Below, piece after piece: positions 61,666 through 64,000 of a stretch of DNA of 64,000 nt (position 1 is its first letter; each line of letters opens with the position of its first letter). A model generated the notes under the pieces. That model made no database searches. It had not been told where the DNA came from and saw nothing but the letters and a program-made list of their open reading frames with translations. The stretch is from the human T2T-CHM13v2.0 reference genome, Homo sapiens, in NCBI RefSeq assembly GCF_009914755.1, contig NC_060929.1, one strand, 5' to 3'. The translations under genes and the position numbers were made by a program.

Positions 61666-63243
61666 CTGCATGAATGATTTTCTTAATTTCTCCATAAATT
61701 CCCAGAAAACCTTTGAAATCATTCATGACTATGATGTTACTCTATAACATTCCATAACATTCCAGCAGGCATTTACAGCTTCTGGTTTTAATTCATCCAT
61801 TGTAACTTTGATGAATGTTTTTTCATCATAAATAGTGAATGATATCCAGCCTTAAATTATGTCCAGATTATGGTCTGCATCAATTGCTGGTCTATTAAGA
61901 TCAAATACCAGTGGGTGAATATGACCTTGACAAACCAAATGATGCCTTGGTTAAGAGGCTGGAGCAATTAGGTTTTATTTAGAGGTATAAAGGCAATCTC
62001 AACATTTTCATTTTCAACACAAAGAGATTCAGGATGGCCAGGTGAATTGTCTATTATTAATAAGATTTTAAATGTCAGCCTTTCCTCTTCCAAGTATTTG
62101 TTCACTCCTGGGATGAAGCTGAGGTAGAACCATCTCATAAACTAGATGGCTGTTACCCACGTTTTCTTATTATTTAGCCATAACAGGGGCCATTAATTTT
62201 TGTTTTTGAGAACACTTTCTACACTGTGCATGATTTTATCATATGTCCTACGGTGTTTCCACATAGTACCAGAGTTGATCTGTCCTTTCATGTGATTCTC
62301 TGGTGCCTCCTTTGCACTTTTATGAATTTAGGTTCTATTGGGCATCTTCCAGAAGAGTGTGGTTTCAGTGCAGTTGGAAACTTGCTTTGGATGGCTTCCT
62401 TTCCCCTTACACAGTTTCTTCAACTCTGCTGGAAATGTAGTGCCAGTTTCTTCATTGGCAGATATCACCTTTCCAGTAAATTTTATATTTTTCAGTCCAA
62501 ACCTATTCCTAAATTCAAGTATCCTTTACTTACAGTAAATGCCCTGCTTCACTCATTTCAAGGGAATCTGTTGCTTAAGTCTTATAGGCTCAATGCTTTC
62601 TAGTGCAACACATGTAGTCAAACATCACGTTTCTGTTCATGTCTTCCACCTACAAATTTAATGCCTTTTTCATCTTATTTAAACACTTATCATGCACTGT
62701 GGCCATAACATTTGGAGCTTGAGGTGTGACAGCAAAACTAGCATGATTTTTTCCCTTTCTTTGCAATGTTATGAATGAGACTCCCTCTTACCATAGATTT
62801 TAGCAACCTCAGCATATGATATTTTTCTTTCCTTATTGAGAATTTTCAGCTTTTAAAAGATATTTTATGACTTCTCTTTGACGTATCTGAATTGCCAGTA
62901 TCACTACTCTTGGGCTTTGAGCCTTTTTAAGTAAATTAAGGATCACCTGAAGCCAACCACTCAGATACCACCACAATTGATCTGGTAACACACAGAACTG
63001 CTAAGTGACTAACAGGTGGGGTGGTTTCTACAGCGTGGAGATGCTGAACAGAGGGGGCATTCACATCCAGATCAGGACACAGTGGGATGGCCTGAGATTT
63101 CATCATGCTACTTAGAATCATGCACAAGTTAAAACTTGTGAATTGCTTGTTTCTGGAATTTTTCATTTAAGATATTCAGACTACAGTTGACTGCAGGTTA
63201 CTGAAATCTCAGAAAGCAAAACCAGGGCTAAAGGGGACTACTG
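61666..63243 (-). mobile_element. Tigger7/MER44-family TcMar DNA transposon with degraded transposase
   Basis: Terminus ...aaaggggactactg (reverse complement cagtagtcccc) and MER44-type subterminal gagatttcatcatgctac...; internal pogo-like transposase remnant without an intact ORF. Confidence 0.78.
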
Positions 63244-63828
63244 CATGCCTCCTGCCTTGTTAATATACAGCTCCCCTCATAGAGTTTAATTCTCCACAGT
63301 ATTAATTACTTACACCAGGAGAATATAACACCTTCATGGGCAGGTGCCTGAATTCTTTTCCTATTACCATATAGAATAATATTTACATTGTGCTTTGAAA
63401 AATACAGTTGTCTAGCAAAAACAGTGTTATTACTTCAACAACAATTCAAAAATATAAATTTAATGAAAGAGAGAATGAGAAGTTCCACTCATAATATTTG
63501 GCAACATCTGAGGTTTAGGATTGAAGCCTTCAATAAGGAGAGGGTGATGATGAGTTATCCATTTTTAATTATTTTTGTGCATTTTTTTCTGAGGTATAAA
63601 CTTTCAACCACTGTGACTAGAAAAGAGCAAGCTGTAAATGTGTGAATTATTTTCTGCCTCAGCACATTTCATTCCTCATAATATTTTAAAAATCTAAAAT
63701 TTAACTTACATCAAGAAAAAAATTCAATAAAATTACACATACACAAAATAACTGGTTAATTTTCACATTTCTCTCTCACCTGTGCAGATAAGTTTTCATT
63801 CTAACCTGAATGTTTTTGTTCTCTAATA

Positions 63829-64000
63829 CCTGAAGCCAACCACTGATATACCACCACAGTTGATCTGATAACCCACAGGGCTACTAAGTGATTAACAGGT
63901 GAGTGGTTTCTACAGCATAGAGATGCTGAACAAAGGGAGGATTCACTTCCAGAGCAGGACAGAGCGGGACAGCATGAGATTTCATCATGCTACTTAGAAT
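63829..64000 (-). mobile_element. Second MER44/Tigger7 subterminal segment, running off the window end
   Basis: Colinear with 62946-63118. Confidence 0.8.

Noticed and set aside
62226-62603. 125-aa ORF / possible domesticated transposase
   Set aside because: It is antisense to the Tigger transposase, whose own strand has no long ORF.

Overview
AT-rich, CpG-depleted primate DNA, almost certainly human (it carries an AluYa8, a human-specific subfamily). It contains the 3' part of SLC27A6 (FATP6, long-chain fatty acid transport protein / very-long-chain acyl-CoA synthetase family) on the + strand. Six GT-AG coding exons (16656-16850, 24391-24481, 27904-28102, 29116-29213, 30348-30478, 33877-34053) splice in frame to REGEKDHKVRLAIGNG...DQIMLGEIKL*, followed by an AU-rich 3'UTR with AATAAA signals. 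The rest is intron and downstream DNA packed with repeats: about 15 Alus, L1PA/L1M/L2/MIR, MaLR/ERVL/ERV1-type LTRs and MER2/MER58/Tigger7 DNA transposons. Nearly all ORF-track entries outside the exons are repeat-derived or spurious. I find no support for a previously undescribed biological system. The most notable items are a 5'-inverted (twin-primed) L1PA inserted just past the polyA signal, a near-perfect AluYa8, inverted Alus bracketing a symmetric exon, a trimeric Alu and several local duplications. Repeat subfamily names come from recalled consensus sequences, not from a search.
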